Of a DNA stretch of 64,000 nucleotides, positions 39,697-53,101 are shown one piece after another. The position numbers were made by a program, and so were the translations under genes. Numbering within the stretch: position 1 is the stretch's first letter; each line of letters starts with the position of its first letter. Origin of the DNA: Podarcis pityusensis (lineage: Eukaryota); NCBI GenBank assembly GCA_964106645.2, contig OZ067042.1; one strand, written 5' to 3'. Under the pieces are notes generated by a model. That model made no database searches. It had not been told where the DNA came from and saw only the letters and a list, made by a program, of their open reading frames with translations.

Positions 39697-41289
39697 AGGT
39701 TTGGGGATGGAGGTTATCCCTCTCCTGCCCTCTCCCAGGTGAGGATATGAGGTGAACATTGGGTGAAGATTCATACATTACAAGCAGCTTCATGGAAAAG
39801 CATGGGAAACACTTCCACATGGCAGTGGCTCCGGGCAGCAGTTATAATGTGGCATCAGTGCTGCCTCATGAAACCACCATACATGGGAAAGCCACTTCTG
39901 GTCATAATGTACAAATCTGTCCGAATACATGGAAAAGGCTTCTCACAGGGATCATTCTGAATAAGGAAAGAGCCTCCACACTGGGTTCTGACACCACTGG
40001 GAATATGGTGTGGTAGTGTGTGTGGGGGGGGGACCTTGTTGTGACTGGTTCTTGTGCAATATTGCTGCTCGTGGAGCTATCACTGTGAGTAAACATTTCC
40101 ACCAGCACTAATGTGGTAGCTTTAGTAGGAATCCCTATCTTAATTGTGGTGGTGCACAAAGACCTCATATTCTGGTGTTTAAAACCAGTAAAAAAGTGCT
40201 CCCTGAATTGCCCCCTCAGTGTTCTAGCCCTGATCTGCAGGGAATCTACAATTATCATTCATAAACTTTGAGTTTTGGCAGGATTTCTGCCGTCACTGTG
40301 CCCAAGAGGCAGAGGAGGCAGTGTCTGGCCCTGCATGTGCGTGGTACAGTAGGGCTCCAGAGCTATGCAGTAAATGCTCATAAAAATAGGCTTCCTCCCC
40401 GAGCATTATATAATCAGAGGGAGTGATGTCATTTGTAACTGTGGAGAGTATCTCTGAAATTGCAGCCCTCCGCAGATGGACGACTGCTCACCGAGTGAGA
40501 GGAGGAAAAGGAGACCCGTCCGACTGTGGTGTGACACACTGCAGTGTGGGGTTTTATGGCTTGAGAGAAGGAGAAAGCACAGGCTGGCAGGGTGAACAAT
40601 CTGTCTTTTAACATGCACTCGTGTGCTTGTCGCATAAGCTTTGTTCAGGGGAAATATGACATTACATCCATGTGCACCCACTTAAGGAATGTCGGTGGGT
40701 GTAGGCTTTTCTCATGCCTGCCTGGCAAGGTGAGCCTCCCAAAACATACTGGATCTCATCCACCTTTGCATCAGATCAGCCTAATCCAGCCAGGATCTCT
40801 GCCTCCTTCATTTTGAATGGATCTTGCACGTGTACTCTTATGGCTAGCCAGCAGTTTTCTGTCGAGAGATGTAGAAGCTGCAGAACTCCAGACTCTGTAG
40901 CTACATAGCAGAGTCGAATTTGACCCATGTTTGCAGGAGTCTTCTCTTGTGTTTTAACATGTTAAAACTACTTGTGGCCTGTTTTGAGAATGCAAAGCAC
41001 CTTCCTTTATTAGGTCAGTATGAACATGGAAGCTGGCCTCATTCATTCCTCCCACACTGTTCCACTTCATAATGATACCTTTCAGTGCTACAAAAAGCAG
41101 TGTGCTTCAAAACTGGTACTTCCTGTCTCTGCAAAGGGCCTTGCGTCAGTCATTTTTTGCCCAGTAAAGATCAGGAGTGTGGTTGATAGGCTACCAGGTC
41201 AACCTTGGTGCTTGCTTGTTTATACCAGTACAAAAGGTGTGTCAATCTGCTGCCAGACAAATATGACCTGAAAGAGTTGTGTGTTGTTG

Positions 41290-41895
41290 TTTTTTAAAGA
41301 GAATTTATATACCACATAGCATTTTTGGAGCATTCTCTTAAGTGGTTTGCAAATATATAGAATTTAAAATCAAAATACAGTAAAATATACAAATAAAGAT
41401 CAAAGTACAGTAATTGCATTGTAAAAGTTTCGTCACTTAAATGAACAAATCGGCAACTGAACATGGTAACCTGCTCAAGCATCAGAATGAGGCCTGAGTA
41501 ACACACAACCAAGTTTTCGGATATGTTTGAAGCATCTTGGGGGAGAGTTTTCCAGAGGGTTGGGGCTACACTTGAAAAGGGCTGTTTTTGTAAGGTTTCC
41601 GGATGGCAATCCACAGTCTGATGACTGTAAAGGTCAAGTTGGGCTATTGTAGGAAAGGCTATCTGCTGGTATTCGGATCTCTAGTTGTTTAGAGATTTAT
41701 GTGCCAGTAACAAAACCTTGAAACTGGCTCAGTAGCAGATAAGCAGCCAGTTCAGATCCCTAAGCACTGGTGTCATATCTGTAGAAGTAGCCATACCATT
41801 TGGTATTTTAGCTGCTGCATTCTGTGCTCACTGCAGCTTCCAAATCAAGTGGAAGGGAAGCCCCACATAGAGCAGGTTGCAGTAATCTAAGTGTG
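41290..41895 (-). mobile_element. Degraded L2 LINE 3' portion
   Basis: Minus strand encodes SHLDYCNLLYVGLPFHLIWKLQ and FSSVAPTLWKTLP, both L2 ORF2 motifs. Confidence 0.8.
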
Positions 41896-43890
41896 AAAGT
41901 TGCAGTTATTGGGGATTAATATGACTGTACTGATGCCCCTCCCTCAAAAGAAAAGGTGGGAAGTTTCCACATTTCTCCCCTCTTCTGCTGGAATAATCTA
42001 TGCATGTGTTTTAATCTGAAACCAGGTTCTCTTGATAAGTAGTGGAGCTTTACAGTTCCTAGTTCCTCTCTCAGGGAGCCTTCAACAAAGCCGCCCCCAA
42101 GTTAGACCTGCTTTCCTTCCTATCATAAACTGCATCAAATATTTAGTCCTTTTGCCTAGGCACCTTTGGTATGTATTTTAAATAAGGGTGCCTGTTGCTC
42201 TGCGAAAGTCCTGTTGTAGACTAAGGAGCCAGATTTAAGTCCTCAGGATCTAAGTGCCCCTGCTAGATGTCATTGAATAAGGGACATTTGGTGGGTCGGG
42301 AAGCTGGTAACTTTGATATCAAAGCTTGGCCTGATACGTCATCTGCTTGTGAAGCATCCTGTTCTGCAGGATTTATTGTGATACTAAGCAGCACATGGTC
42401 AACTCCCATCCTGCTTGGATTGCAGGATGCGCAAAAGCCAGTTGGTGCGTACTTTTGCCTGTCCATTTAGGAGCATTTCAGGAAACATCTACGTAGGTCA
42501 CACGGTGTAGATACAGAGAGGAAATGATTCTCCAACATGTTGCAGAGGAGGACATTATCTGCAGAACGTTGCCTTTGTTCTGACTCAGCCCACAAGCCTA
42601 CCACCTGGATATGAAATTCACCAGTTCTTTGCACTGGTTCCAACTCCCAATACTGACCATCTAAAAATTCATCCTTACGTCTCCTGCAGACTATGGATTC
42701 ATCCACATCTACCACTTGGAATTAATTGCTTAAAATATAATGGTATTCTAGATTATCTAAATGTACAAGGCTGATAAAATGCAGAGACGGGAAACCACCC
42801 TATTATTTACCGTAAGCTTTTCTGAATTTAAAGGCACTGCTTTAGATTTGAGGAAATATTTTCACCCCTGGTGTCTGGGCGAGATATTATGTTATGTCAG
42901 CATAACCTGCATATTAAGAGCTGGTAAGGTTGACTCCTAATGCTATGGGAGGTAATTACCCAGCAAAAGGGCAAATATTGAGAGGTGATGAAATGTGTTA
43001 CCTGGTAACTATCATGTTCTGCATTTTGACTATCTCTGAAGGAAAACAGGAAACCACCTTTTACCGAATCAAAACTTTGGTGCACTTGGTTCAGTATACT
43101 CTACACAGACTGGCAGCAACCCTCTAGATTTTTCTCCAGAATTCTTTTCTCTCTGATTCTTTTTGTGGAGATGTTGGGAAGTGAGCTTGGGATCTTTGCT
43201 ATGCAAAACCTCTGCTCTTCTAGTGAAGCCCTGAAGCTGAATGCATGGATTCCTCTCTCTAAGTCGATGAATCAGAGCCACTTCTGAGTAGATAGTTTAT
43301 AGGTATGAGAAATACGCACATATCATGTCGGGTACAAAGAGCAAGATCCTTTCATTTATTTACAGTATTTGTATGGCACTTTTCTGGCAGACCTCACAAA
43401 GCGGCTTACGGAAGATTATTACAACAATAAGCACCTGCTTTTTAAAGAAGGGTTACAAAAAGTGGAAAAGACAACCTGTTTGTTTAGAAGAAGCTGTTGG
43501 TGTTTTTCTCCCCTCTCCTCGGGGCAGGTGGTCCCTTCAGATGCCCCCGTGGTGACTGTTCCAAGTTTTTAAAAGTTTTACACAGCTTAGGACCCAGGCG
43601 CGTGTTGGATCATCTTTTCCACCCAGTCACTGAGTTTGCTGTCTTAAAGCTCTCATTTGGGTGCTTCTACCTTTGGAGGCAAGGCAGTGACCTGGAGAGA
43701 GCCATCTCTGAACTCTTTCCCCAGGAAGTTTCACCTACATCATGGTCATTTTGACAGCAGTCAAATACCTTTTTATTCCTCCAAGCCTTTTTAAAACCTT
43801 GGAAGCCACTGTGAGAGCTTTATCTGCTGTTTTGTACTATACATCATCAGCTGGTTTTTTTGTCATTCCTTTGGAGCTTTTTTATAACTA

Positions 43891-43891
<1 letters not shown>

Positions 43892-43923
<32 letters not shown>
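43892..43923. repeat. (ACT)n microsatellite
   Basis: Directly visible; produces the poly-Thr run in spurious ORF 43742..44071. Confidence 0.95.
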
Positions 43924-44900
43924 AACTGTGATCCACTCTGTGTGCCCCTTTTGTGTCAAAGATGTGGGTTATGCGTCCTGTCAACCTAGTTCAACCTTCA
44001 TAACCCTCAATTTCATGTCACCCTTCTTCAGTGCTGCCAGACAAGGGGACTTGTTTCTGCATAACAATTAAAGCAATGTAATTAGTTTATCCATAGTTAT
44101 ACTGTGCCCTCAAGTCATACAATGATCTTATATTGCTGCAGTGAGATGGCTGGACAAATCTGAGTGTATTTGCATAAACAGTCCTACATGGACCTCCCCT
44201 AATTTGAATTAGTCACTACCCTTCAAGTCCAGCAAAGCCCTCCTAAGGCATTTGCAAGTGCACCTGTTGCTGGGGTGGGAACCATTAACTTGTGTCAACT
44301 CCCTGTGTCAACCAGCAGCTGTCAATATAATTTTGTTATCTGAGTTGCGGGGCCCTCTTGATTGGCAGCATGGGTGAAGTGCTAAATAGTTTTCTTTTTC
44401 CATTTTAGGAAAGATACGAAAGCCGGGGCAAGAAATGGAAGGTGTTTAGTATGCATTGTTCTCTTCCAGAGTTTTTAAAGGTTTTATTTATTTTTTTACG
44501 TGTTAAAAAACAAATCCAGCAAAGACAAAGTCAGAGCCTTAGGGCTGTTTTTCCAAGTGAATTACAGCCTTTTGTGAAGAGTTTTTTTGGAATACGAACA
44601 CTGACAGGCTGTCCTCTCTAGTGGGTGCTACTCTTCCTGTGACAGTTCATCAGCCAAACCCCTGACCCCACCACCCTTAATCATCCTTGCTTGTCAGTGA
44701 TATAATTGTGCGATTACCAACACCTCCCCCCTCCTGGACTCCTTTCAGATTACTAACAATAGTGCATGTGAAATACAAAATGTAAATGAAGCACCCAGAC
44801 TAATTTTTCGGCCTTCATTCAGATGGACTGAGCTTGCATTCCCCTCCTTTGTCTATGAACATGACTGATGAAGGCTTTCAGGAACTCGGGAGGCCTTCAG

Positions 44901-44923
44901 TGTAAACAGAGAGGCTGACGTCA
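44901..44923. promoter_or_regulatory. Candidate intronic enhancer: forkhead site plus full CRE
   Basis: TGTAAACA (44901-44908) and palindromic TGACGTCA (44916-44923) in non-repetitive intron. Confidence 0.35.
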
Positions 44924-46429
44924 TGGTGTTATCGATTTGGGGATTTCACTTTCAGTCGCAAGCTGTGAATGAGCATTGGGGAGATTTCTTCAGGAGAGGG
45001 ACGCAAGAACAAACGGCTACCAACTCTACCTTTATTGGTTTAGTTCAGAAGATGGGCATTTTGGTCATTGTTGAGGAGTGTTCTGCATCATCTTAAAAAC
45101 GGTTCGGGGGGGAATATAACTTGTCTTCACCTTGCCTCCCTGTTTCGTATCCTATTCGAAATTCAGGTTTTTAGCTGAAGAAACTGGCTCTTTTGCATAT
45201 ATTCCTTTATGTGGGTGGCGCTGTATTAAATATTTTGATGGGGGTGTTTAATAAAATAATTTTGCATATTCAAAATGAGCTCTAACTTAATTCTGTGTGT
45301 TCAGTGCCTCCTCACTTCACCTCAGTGTAGTCTGCATGGTCTTATCAGGGTCAGGAAGGTCTTTATTTTGACCTGAGAATGGATAGATGTACTTTTTATC
45401 TAGTGAGGTGCTGGGAACAGCCACAACTGGAGATATGATGAAGGACTTTTCCCAGGGAACGGGGTGTGTGGGAAATAAAGGGTCCAAATAAGTAAACATA
45501 TGCACATATATACCTAGAATCCAAGGCTACCATTTGTAGTAGATCCGTGACTGAGCAGCAGTGAGGCCTGGGTAGACCTGACTTCTGAGAAACTTGTATT
45601 CCAGATCCAGTCCTCTATTGCTTTCCATGAGTGACTTGGCATCCAGACAGCTTCTTTCCACCTCTAGCTGTCACCCTGAATTCTCTCCCTGGCTCCCTTC
45701 ACCGCTTTTAGCCCTACAATAAACTTTGCAGCCCCCTCCATCATCGTGTTTCCTGAAAGTGGGGGAGCTGACATGTTTTTAGTAGGCATTGTAAAGAGTA
45801 CAGTGAAGGCAGACCTGTTCAGGGAAGTTTTTAATGCCTGATACAGTAGTATCTCTGGTTATGTAAACTTTGGAACGCAAAAGTGGCAAACCCAGAAGTA
45901 TTTTACTGGGTTTAGCCACCTGTGTTCCACTGAAATCTTTGTGGTTGACCAAGAAACGCCTCTTGACTCTGCCATTCATTCTAGTGTTGAAGGGAAGCAG
46001 AATTACCCATAGCTGTATTGCTTTATTCCCTCGAAGATTACAAAAAACCTCAAGCCTTATCTTTTAGCAAGTGTTAAAAAGGGTTTTTTTGTTTTTGTTT
46101 TTTTTCTGTTTTGTTTTTGCTCATTGGGCCTAAGCCAATCAAGGTTAGATTTTTTGGTAGATGCTGTTGTAGTGTAATATTTACTTTGATTTAGGCTCCT
46201 GTTACCTGTCCTGTAGTATACCGAGTATTTTAAAGAATGCAAATTAGCAGTCAATCATGAGTCTGATATGCAGTTGTATTTCGAGTTAGCTAGTCTGGTA
46301 TTGATGTGCTAATATTCATCAGGACCTTGACTTGTGGATCTGCATTTGTCCAGGGTATGGAATGCTGTATTTTATTGAGGAGAGATGGTTTCAATGTGCA
46401 TCCTTGCCATGGACTCATCTGTAGTATTA

Positions 46430-46642
46430 TTAATAATAATAATATTCATTTTTTTAATACCCCGCCCATCTGGCTGGGGTTCCCCAGCCACTCTGGGCGG
46501 CTTACAGCATATATCAAAACATAATAAAACATCAACCATTAAAAACTTCCTGATACAAAGCTGCCTTCAGATGTCTTCTAAAAATTATGTAGTTCTTTGT
46601 CTCCTTGACATCTGAAAGAAGGGAGTTCCACAGGGAGGGCGC
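46430..46642 (-). mobile_element. Younger L2-type LINE 3' end
   Basis: (aat)n tail, ccccgcccatctggctggggttccccagccactctgggcggc hairpin; the minus strand reads RAFLVVAPSLWNSL. Confidence 0.8.
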
Positions 46643-47235
46643 CACTACCAAGAAGGCCCTCTGTACTGTTACATATGAAGGACTGTATGTCTTGTGCTCA
46701 CTACATGATGGTATTGTATAATCCTAGGCTCCTTGTTGATCTTTTAATAGGAAACATCTTGAATCGGTTCCCTAAACACAGTGGCTGGATGTCAAAATAA
46801 TTGCATGCGATGGAAGAATAATGGTGGTGGTGTTGAACATGCCGTCTTGGTTTGAGCTCTATTTAGTACATGGGGCCACTGCATTTCCAAGTTTCTTTAC
46901 TGAACACTGAAAAATTCAGGAGTACTCCAATGAGTATGTGATAGGTGTTGCCGATGTATAACCAGTCGTTGCATTTATGTCTGGGAATGAACTTTGTCTT
47001 AGGTCACTGTAGATGGTAACCATAAGGAAGGCAATGGATTGACTTTTCCCACAATGTATGGGACAGATCATCTAGTTAATCCCTTTGCCTGTGCCTTATT
47101 GAACATACCATTCTATTGAGGTCAGAGTTGTGCCACATAAAGTGAAATCTGTTGAATGTCAGGTGCGGCTGAAACAACAAGGTTGTTACCAGATGCCTGG
47201 GGGAACTGGGGTACTGTTGTTTGGGAATCTAATGA

Positions 47236-47451
<216 letters not shown>

Positions 47452-49536
47452 TGATTATCTAGGAGCCATAATTGCACTAAGGAAAGTTGACACCCTACCT
47501 TGGAGGATTAGTACCATAACATTATTACATTGTAAGTTGTTGTTTTTACAGCACAGTCCTATGCATGTTGACTTGAAAAGGGCTCAGTGAATTCAATAAG
47601 ACTTTACTGAGTCCCAGTAAGTGTGCATAGGATTGCAGCCCTAGTTTGGCCATTAATGTACAGATCGACCTAGCATTGGGAATACTGTTCCTGAAATGCT
47701 ACTCTTTGTTTTTAAAGGATTCTTTTTAAACTCCAGAACGTTTGCAGTTTCACAAACCAGGAAATTCATCAAGAGTTTGTCTTGCACAAATGCCATTAAA
47801 ATCAATAGGAGTTGTGCAGGACACTGCAGTCTGTAAGCCATTGGAGTCAATTGAAAAATATTTATTGTGCAAACGCCATTAATTCCAGTAGGGCTTGCAC
47901 TGGAGTTTTAACAGACTATAATCACTATAATATCCAAACTGCGGCTCTCAGCTTCATGTTAGAAACTATAATAGAAAGATACAAAAGTTTAATGAATTCA
48001 CTGCAGGAGAAGCTGCAGTCAGATGTGGGAAGGTTTCTGTCTTCCCCAGGCTGTTCCTATAGCATATTCAAGATCGGGAGGTTCTGAATAAGTTCAAAAC
48101 TAATATGTAGTATGAATGCTTTGGAAAGGCATTTGGCTATATGCAATGAGTTTATTGCGCTTTACTACGTGCGCCTAAAATTTATATCTGGTGTGATTCA
48201 TTATGTCATTAATCATAGTCTTAGAATGCAGATTTTTCCACAAAATTAAATTAAGAGTTGGATCATTTGAAATGATGTGCCCTTCTGCTGGCATTCTTTG
48301 TAAATTAACTCTCAAATATATTGAGTGTATAAATACCACTGAAATACTGAAGAAAACAGGATAGTAAATAATATGGCTGAAATCGTAAGATGTTTACTTG
48401 GCTAGAATTTCTCCTGAAACTGTAATATGCACACTATGAATATGAAATAAAAATAGCAGTGTCCCTTACTGCCTTAAAGACTAACAAAATTGCTGCATTA
48501 ATAATAGCAGCAGAAGTGTTGTTTCAAGTTGGGCTTTAAACTCTTCAGAGATGGAAAGGGGGAAAATAGTAGAATTTGAGCTGGACGGAATTGTTCAAAA
48601 TCAAGCCCAATCTCAGAAGCAAGGCAAGACCAGTGAAAGATTATTCAACATAATCTAGACCAAAGTGTGCCATAGAGAGAATCTGATGTTCAGCACAAAT
48701 TACTCCAGGTAACTTAAGCAACTGAGCCAGGCCACATGCTACAGGGAAATGCTGCTAAGGGCCACCAGTGTTAACTGTTGTTGGTTTGTTTTAATGCCCT
48801 GAAAAGGGAAAGCCAGCACAATAGTCAGTAGCAACACAAAGAAAGAGCCAGACTGTTTTGAAGCAACACAGCAGGTGCTCGTGTTTGCAGTTTTTCTGAC
48901 TCTTCTCCTGATGGTTTGCTTTAACAAAGGGTAGTGCCAGGCTCACAGGGATCAGGATGTGCTTAAACACACTGGAACAGCTCAGGCTTAGCAAGGGAGG
49001 GGAACCGTGCTTGCTTAAACGGATGGCATTAGCCTGAGATGACTTTAGAGTTACGCAACATGCTGGCCATCAGGAAACCCTGTGCACTGGCCTGGTAAGA
49101 TTTCCCAGCTGCGATCAAAGGAGTCTGCAGCAGATTACATAAACCACTGTTCAACTGGGAAACTGCTTCGAAGAAATACCTAATAAACCAAATGAACAAG
49201 GGTACACCAACCTTTTTTTTTTTTTTTTTTTAAACAACTTCTAATGCCTTTTCCACTTAAATAATCTGAACAGGGCTGAATGTTCCTGGGTCAGGAGACT
49301 ATGATCCACTAATGGAGAGAGCTGACAGTGCAGCGTCCCGTGTTAATTAAGCGCTATACTCGATCTCCCCTTGATTTTGTCCTGTTAATTACTCACCAGA
49401 ATCCTCACAGAGATGTTTTCGTTCTTGTTGCCACCACCAGCAAGCTGTTTCGGTGCCACCCGAGAACATAATTCATTTCAGATGTTAGTCAACAGAGGGA
49501 AATGAGTCTGCAGAAAAATACTAGGGAAATCCTCTG

Positions 49537-49718
49537 TAAGGATGTAAGAAAAGGTTCATCTCGTCCAGCATTGTGTTCTCACAGTGGCCAACCAGATGCC
49601 TATGGGAATCCCACAAGCAGCTCTGGGGCGCAACAGCACTCTGCCCACTTGTGATTCCCACAGCTGGCACTCAGGGGCGTCTTGCCTCTGACAGTGGAGG
49701 CAGAACATACCGTAGCTG
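49537..49718 (-). mobile_element. CR1-like LINE 3' fragment
   Basis: catctcgtccagcattgtgttctcacagtggccaaccagatgcctatgggaa resembles the recalled squamate CR1 3' end. Confidence 0.55.
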
Positions 49719-49756
49719 TCAAGAAACAATAATTTGCTTGCTTTTTATCATGGCAG

Positions 49757-49928
49757 AAACTTGAAGAGGCTGACAGGAGAAGCCAGCACCAGCTTGATAA
49801 CCTGGAAAGAGAGCAAAGATTCTTAAAGCGAAGATTGGAGCAGCTGCAGGGCTCTCAGGAGATCGAGCGAATACGAATGGACAGCACTGGATCAACCATT
49901 TCCTCAGATCGCTCTGATTCAGAGCGGG
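49757..49928 (+). CDS. MXI1: MXI1 coding exon (172 nt, leucine zipper: [57 protein letters not shown])
   Basis: catggcag|AAACTTGAAGAG...GAGCGGG|gtcagt; overlaps track ORF 49835..50086; phase 0 start and phase 1 end agree with the neighbouring exons. Confidence 0.97.
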
Positions 49929-50577
49929 GTCAGTATTTCATCTGTGACTTTAGAGAAGGGTGCAGAATTTTTGAGGCTCCCTTTCCACGCATCTCCCCTC
50001 CTTCAGCCCATGAGCAGCTTGAATCTAATTCATCTGGCAAGGCAGCCTGCTTTCAGACATCTAAAACATTATTTCTTTCGTGGTAGTTTCTTAACAAGGC
50101 TCACGGCTGGAGTCAGATGAGATGGGGTTCAAGATATCATTTTGACCCCATGCTGCTTTTCGTTTCCTGTTATGGTATTGATTTTTGATTTTCACCACCC
50201 TGGCTCTTCACCTGGCCCTGTTCAACACAAAAACTAGTAGCACGAAGCACAATCCAGCACAAAGATAATGGCTTTAAACCCCATTGATTTGCCATCTCCC
50301 AATGTGCACTGGAGTGTTTCATGTTTTGGATCCTCCAGTGACTGTGAAGAAGTGGGTGGCCATACCCAAATGTATTTCAGATTTTCTTCTTTTAGTCATG
50401 AGGGACCACAAAACATATTTGGGGAAAGCTCTCAGATTCATTTGTGGCAGAAACATCTCTGGATGCAAATGGTACCAGTGTTGTTACTATATTTAAAATG
50501 GATTTGAAAAGCACAAACTGTGAATACGAGAATGACATCACTAAGGTGTGACAAGATTATTTGCACTTCTTATCCTA

Positions 50578-50931
50578 CANNNNNNNNNNNNNNNNNNNNN
50601 NNNNNNNNNNNNNNNNNNNNNNNNNNNNNNNNNNNNNNNNNNNNNNNNNNNNNNNNNNNNNNNNNNNNNNNNNNNNNNNNNNNNNNNNNNNNNNNNNNNN
50701 NNNNNNNNNAGTGTGAACATCTAGTATAGTGTAAAGTGTGCAATAGCATAATGTCTAAAAAAGCCCTCCAATGTGCATATCTTAATTAATGTGACACAGA
50801 AGCACAACATGCATATGCTGTTGGAAAAATGACTCCTCCTTGACGCAGGGTTGCCACAAACCTTCAATTTATTAAAAACACAGTATCTGAGAAGTGCAAT
50901 AAAGCAATGCGCAAAAAACGAGGTATGCCTA
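50578..50931 (-). mobile_element. Tigger1-like internally deleted DNA transposon spanning the gap
   Basis: atgctgttggaaaaatg...gacgcagggttgccacaaaccttcaattt...aataaagc...aaaacgaggtatgcct(a)-TA matches the recalled mammalian Tigger1 end; aagtgtgcaatagcataatgtctaaaaaa matches its opposite sub-terminus; TA-CA immediately precedes the gap. Confidence 0.8.
50580..50709. other. Assembly gap or masked run (130 N)
   Basis: Run of N. Confidence 1.
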
Positions 50932-52447
50932 TAATTGGGAAGCAGCGTTAACCAGAATGATTGTCATATTAACACTGATAAACTCAAACCTAGTCTGCCT
51001 TGGCATAATATCAGTATATGTCAACATGGGGTTCTTAGATGAGATGAAGGGAATAGCAAAAATATTGTGCCCCAAGTCATTGTGTCTGTGCAGGATCAAT
51101 TAGCAGCAGAGTCTCATCTCCCTTATAACACCCTTGCTAATTTGCTCTTGCTATGCTGGACTGAAATAAGGCTGTATGTATCTGGCATAGCTATTATTTT
51201 AACCTGATTTCTACATAACCATTGAGAAATCTCAGAAGTGGAGATGTTTGATATGTTTCTCCAGGATGACTCCAGGATATTATTATATATTGTTTCCCCC
51301 TAGAAGTTTGTTTTATCTTCTGAGGATGGTGAGCCAGTGTGCTTGATGACCCAAAGTATTGTCCATATATTTTTAATGGCATGGGATATACATAATGTGC
51401 CATGCAGTTTGATACACTATGTGGATTAGTGTCCTCTTCCATTAAAGCCTGTCTTTTATGGTTGCCTAGAGGAATTTGTAAATACAGGGACACACTTGCA
51501 GGTCAAGGCTCTTTGCTGATTCAGTCATTCGGATAAGTTTCTAGTCTATTTTTCTCCCTGAAGTGCTAGTTTTCCATATTCCATATTTTTGTATTTGTAT
51601 GCACTAGAGCATTTCAGCATGTGTTGCATTCTGAGATAGTACAGTTCCATGCTCTGCTGTGTGCTTTTTCTAAGTGTTTGAAACAACAGACTGTAAAAGG
51701 AGACTCTGTGCTAGGCATCCATTGGTCAAGATGGCTGAAGGTCTGCATGTCTTCCTGCTCCACAAATGACCCTTTCCTAGACCTCATTTGCCCTTGCAAA
51801 TTTAAATCTCTGAGAACTCAAAAATTTAGAATGAATCGTGCAAATTAAGTGAGAGGATGCCAATTTACTTGTATTACTAATTCAAAGCGTAGAATGTGAT
51901 AGTGTCTGGGTATAATTTGCATGCAACGATTAATGTGCCTTCCCTGGTTTGCAACAAAGCTCCTTGTTGTTGATTTGAGAAGGGGTAATCTGTTTTCTAG
52001 AGCAGCAGGAGTTCAGATTTACGATATTGTATTGGTAACTATCTGCTTAATCCAAGGCTGTGCCACTAGATATGAATTTTCTATCTTGAGCTAGCAGCTG
52101 AAAGTGATAATCTAATCAATAACTTTCTAATCAAAATGACTGAAAATGTACTAAGCAGTTAAATAGTTCTGTAGTAATAAGCTCCTTTCCTTGCTCAGGA
52201 GCGTTCACCAATAATTTAAAATGTTTAACCCAAAATCTGTTAAATTGGGAGTCCAAATCAGTTGCTACCAAATGGGTTGTAATAATAATTCTTTCAAAAC
52301 ATTGATTAATATAACGAGACAGTTTCCTGCCTTCTGTTCTTCCTTTTTCCTCAATGATACAACACTAGACATTTCAAAGCAAATCTCATGATGTGGCCAG
52401 GACCTTTTGCCAGTCTTGATTGAACAGTGAACCTACCCTGACACTAA

Positions 52448-52636
<189 letters not shown>

Positions 52637-53095
52637 AGCATGGTGCTAGGGCAGAGCAGATGATTTCTTTGGGGTAGTTGAAGTTCACACAGCAGAGCTC
52701 TTAGATACAGTATTTTTCTTCTCCAAACCGCACTTCAACAGCTAAGCTTGGACAGATGCAACTCTAGAATAGCTCTGTGGGTCCACAGGAGGGTGGGAAC
52801 CTAACAGGGGAGTCAGTCAGTCTCCATACTGTCATAGTCCAAAATACTGACTTAGTGCTGAACCCATAGCTATTTTGACGTCTGAAGCAGGACTCCAGTT
52901 GTGCACAGCTGGACTGAGATTTGCCCATGTATAAGTGGATAGCTTTGCTAAGAGATTATTTGATTTGGACAAGGGATCTTGGTGATTCTGGCCCCAATCC
53001 TTTTTCTCAGTTTGTCATACCTTCTGAGAAATGGATTTTTTTCCATCTTCCAAATTTAGCAAGCTTTGTTAAGAGCCCTTGTGGTGCTAAATATA

Positions 53096-53101
53096 AATAA
53101 A
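53096..53101 (+). terminator. Candidate proximal MXI1 poly(A) signal AATAAA
   Basis: Canonical hexamer about 460 nt after the stop codon. Confidence 0.3.

Noticed and set aside
8111-40833. About eight CACGTG E-boxes suggesting MYC/MAX/MXI1 autoregulation
   Set aside because: They are scattered, several lie inside or at the edge of transposons, and the count is not clearly above chance.
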